From: an uncultured virus (IMG/VR IMGVR_UViG_3300017732_000001)
Taxonomy: Duplodnaviria > Heunggongvirae > Uroviricota > Caudoviricetes
Length of the DNA: 64,000 bases
Direction: 5' to 3' (one strand)
Virus record (IMG/VR): IMGVR_UViG_3300017732_000001
The translations under genes and the position numbers were made by a program. Position 1 is the first letter of the stretch. Every line of letters begins with the position of its first letter. Shown here piece after piece: positions 15,601 to 18,600 of this stretch. The notes under the pieces were generated by a model. It ran no database searches and had not been told where the DNA came from. It saw only the letters and a program-made list of their open reading frames with translations.

Positions 15601-18600
15601 CTGTTGCTCACGATTTGAGATTCTCTTCTAACAGTGAAGTATATGATGCTGCAGCACTCTATCTGAATACAGATATGGGTCTCAGTCACGTCACTGGTCA
15701 ATCACAAGAGACAATCTACGCTTATAAGATGGCGAGAGATATGTCAGTTCTCGCGATCCGCAATAAACTTGGGTTTACTCCCTTCGAAGATGTCAGTGCT
15801 GGTGGTGGCGGTGGAAATGCTATTGGTGGTGGAGTTCCACGTGGTGATTATGATAGTAACGCTACTACTAATAAGGACTACGACGCAGGTAATGAGATCC
15901 TCAATAATATGAGATTCATCGCTTCTACTGCTGTAGGACGTGGATATGCTCAATACCCTAACCTTACATTTGGTGGTTATGGTTACCAGTCTTGTATCGA
16001 TGATGTTATTGACATCCTTGAAGCAATGGCGTGGAACCTCAAGCACGGTGGTAATAATAAGGTCTGGTATGCAACTGAGTTCTATATCACTGATGCAAAC
16101 GCTATCCAGCACATCAATTCACAGGCTACTGAAGTTAAGTACATCTTCGAACAGGCACGTGACATCGCTATTGAGGTGATGAGACAGCAGTTAGTTAATG
16201 TTAATGGTTACACTGAAGGTTATCCTCAATATGATAATGGTATTACTATTGACTCTAGCAGTTCAACAACTGGTCAGTTAACTCCTACAAACGCAACTTA
16301 TAATGCAGCAACAGGTGATTTGGTCTTAACTAAGACTGGTCACGGTCTGGTGACAGGTGACGCTGTTCAGATTGCAACTTATGCATTGAAGTTTACTTGT
16401 GACTTTGACAGTAATCAATCAGAGCATACTTATCCAAGACCTCTTGATCCTTCAAACGGTGCTCTTCTTCCAGTCACATCTTCTAATTCTTCTACATTTA
16501 CAGTCAATGTTGGTACAACTAGTAACGTTAACTACGATGTAACGAACGCAATATACAATGAAACAACTGGTGATATGTTCCTTGACATCGGTTCCAACAC
16601 CTTGGATGTTGGTAGACACGTCAAGTTACCTGACAATGCAGTTACATTTACTTGTACTAAGGATGGTAATGCTACTAACCATTCATATCCTCGTGCCACT
16701 GACTATGCATCAGGTAAATCTCTAACTGTTCTTGAGATTGGTGATTCTGAATTTACTGCAACTAATGCAGCATATGTTCCTGCAACTGGTGTTCTAACTC
16801 TTACGGTTCCTAACCACGGGTTCGCCAACGGGGACAACGTTCAGATTGTTAGCAACTCCCTGAACTTCACTTGTGATATGGACAACAACTATACTGTTCA
16901 TTCATATCCTCGTGTATCTGATCCTGCTGCTAACAAGTACCTTCCTATTGGAAACGTTGCTACAAATACATTTACTGTAAACGTTGGTACTACAGGCACA
17001 GTTAACTTCACGCCTTCAAACGTTGCATACAATCCCGTTACAGGATTGATGATCTTGACCCTTGGTAATGGTCACGGTCTTGTTACTGGTTCACATCTTA
17101 AGATTCAACCCAATTCACTTACATTTACTTGTGAGGAAGACGATAACGCAACCAACCATTCGTATCCTAGAACTACAACTACAACTCATACAGTTACTGA
17201 TGCTGCTTACAATGGCACATCTGGTATTATGACGCTGACTATTCCTCAGCACGGGTTCTCTAATGGTGATCAAATTAAGATTGCTGATAATGGAGTTACA
17301 TTTACTTGTGCTCAAGATGGTGATGGATCTAACCACGCATATCCAAGAAGCAGTGACCCTGCATCAGGATCTTGGTTGGAAATCTCTAACGTAACTGCCA
17401 ATACCTTTAAAGTTCAGGTTCTCCTTTCTGATGGTATTCCTTCAACTAACGTTACTGCACACACCTTTGTTTCAGCAACATCTGGTGGTGTTACTTGGAA
17501 GAAGGATAGAGCATACGATGTTCCTCTTGAAGTTACTGCTGCAACTGCAACTACAGTCACAGTCAACGTTCTTGCTTCTGGCAGAACTCCTTCAACCAAC
17601 ACAACTTCTCATACATTTGTAAGTGCTACACCTAACGCAATCTCTGCTGGTGGTAACTACACTCACACATTTACCAGTGCAATTGCAAACGGAATCAAGT
17701 TTAAGAATGGTCGAATCAAGGTTAATGTTAACCCTTCACCTTCTAGTGAACAGTATCCTCATACATTCGTATCCGCTGTATCTAATGCTGTACAGGGTGG
17801 TGGTAACTATAACCACACGTTCGTTAGTTCTACAACTAATTCAATCAGTTGGATCACAGGTGGTGGTGGAGCAACAAGATGTGCTACTCAAGCATCTGCT
17901 ATCACAACATTGATGGGAATCACTGTAGATCTGTTCAACAGTGGTACAAGTAACCCACAAAATTACATAGATGGCATCTCACGTACGCTACCAGGCGAGT
18001 GGCCACTGACAGGTGAACGTGCCGCTGTTCGTGATCTCACTATCACATATGATCAGGCAGGATCTGGTGCTTGTAATGTTGAATCCTCAACTATCAGTTC
18101 TCTATTCGACATCGTTATTGGTATTGTTAAAGATGCTGCTGCTGGAAATGGTAGTTACTTCACTAACCAAGGCATTAGTAGAAACGCACCTGTATTAAAC
18201 AACACTCTACTGTTTGGTGGTGGTGTTTGCTACAACGTAACATCTGCTTCCAACATTCTGTTTGATCTTCTTGAGGATACATTAGGATCTGCTCCTGAAA
18301 TGTATCGTCAGGCATCACGCATACTTTCAATCAATGATCTCTATATTAATAGAGAAGCATATTATAAGACAGTGAACCAGTATTCTGGATACACTGGTGA
18401 TCAAACATTTGGCGATATAATCAGAAAAGCGTACATTTATGACTTGTTGACTGATAGTAACGCTAAAACAATCGAACTAATTAATACTTGGTTTGATGCC
18501 GAGGGTAATTTCGTCGCATTCCCTAATATCTTTAGAACCTATCTAATCTTCCACGCGACAGCAACCACAGATATGATCACACATATCCTTTCTGGTACTG

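Noticed and set aside
16275..17850. Regularly spaced repeats as a possible CRISPR-like or DNA-level array
   Set aside because: Similarity is at the protein level with synonymous divergence, and there are no identical nucleotide direct repeats with spacers.
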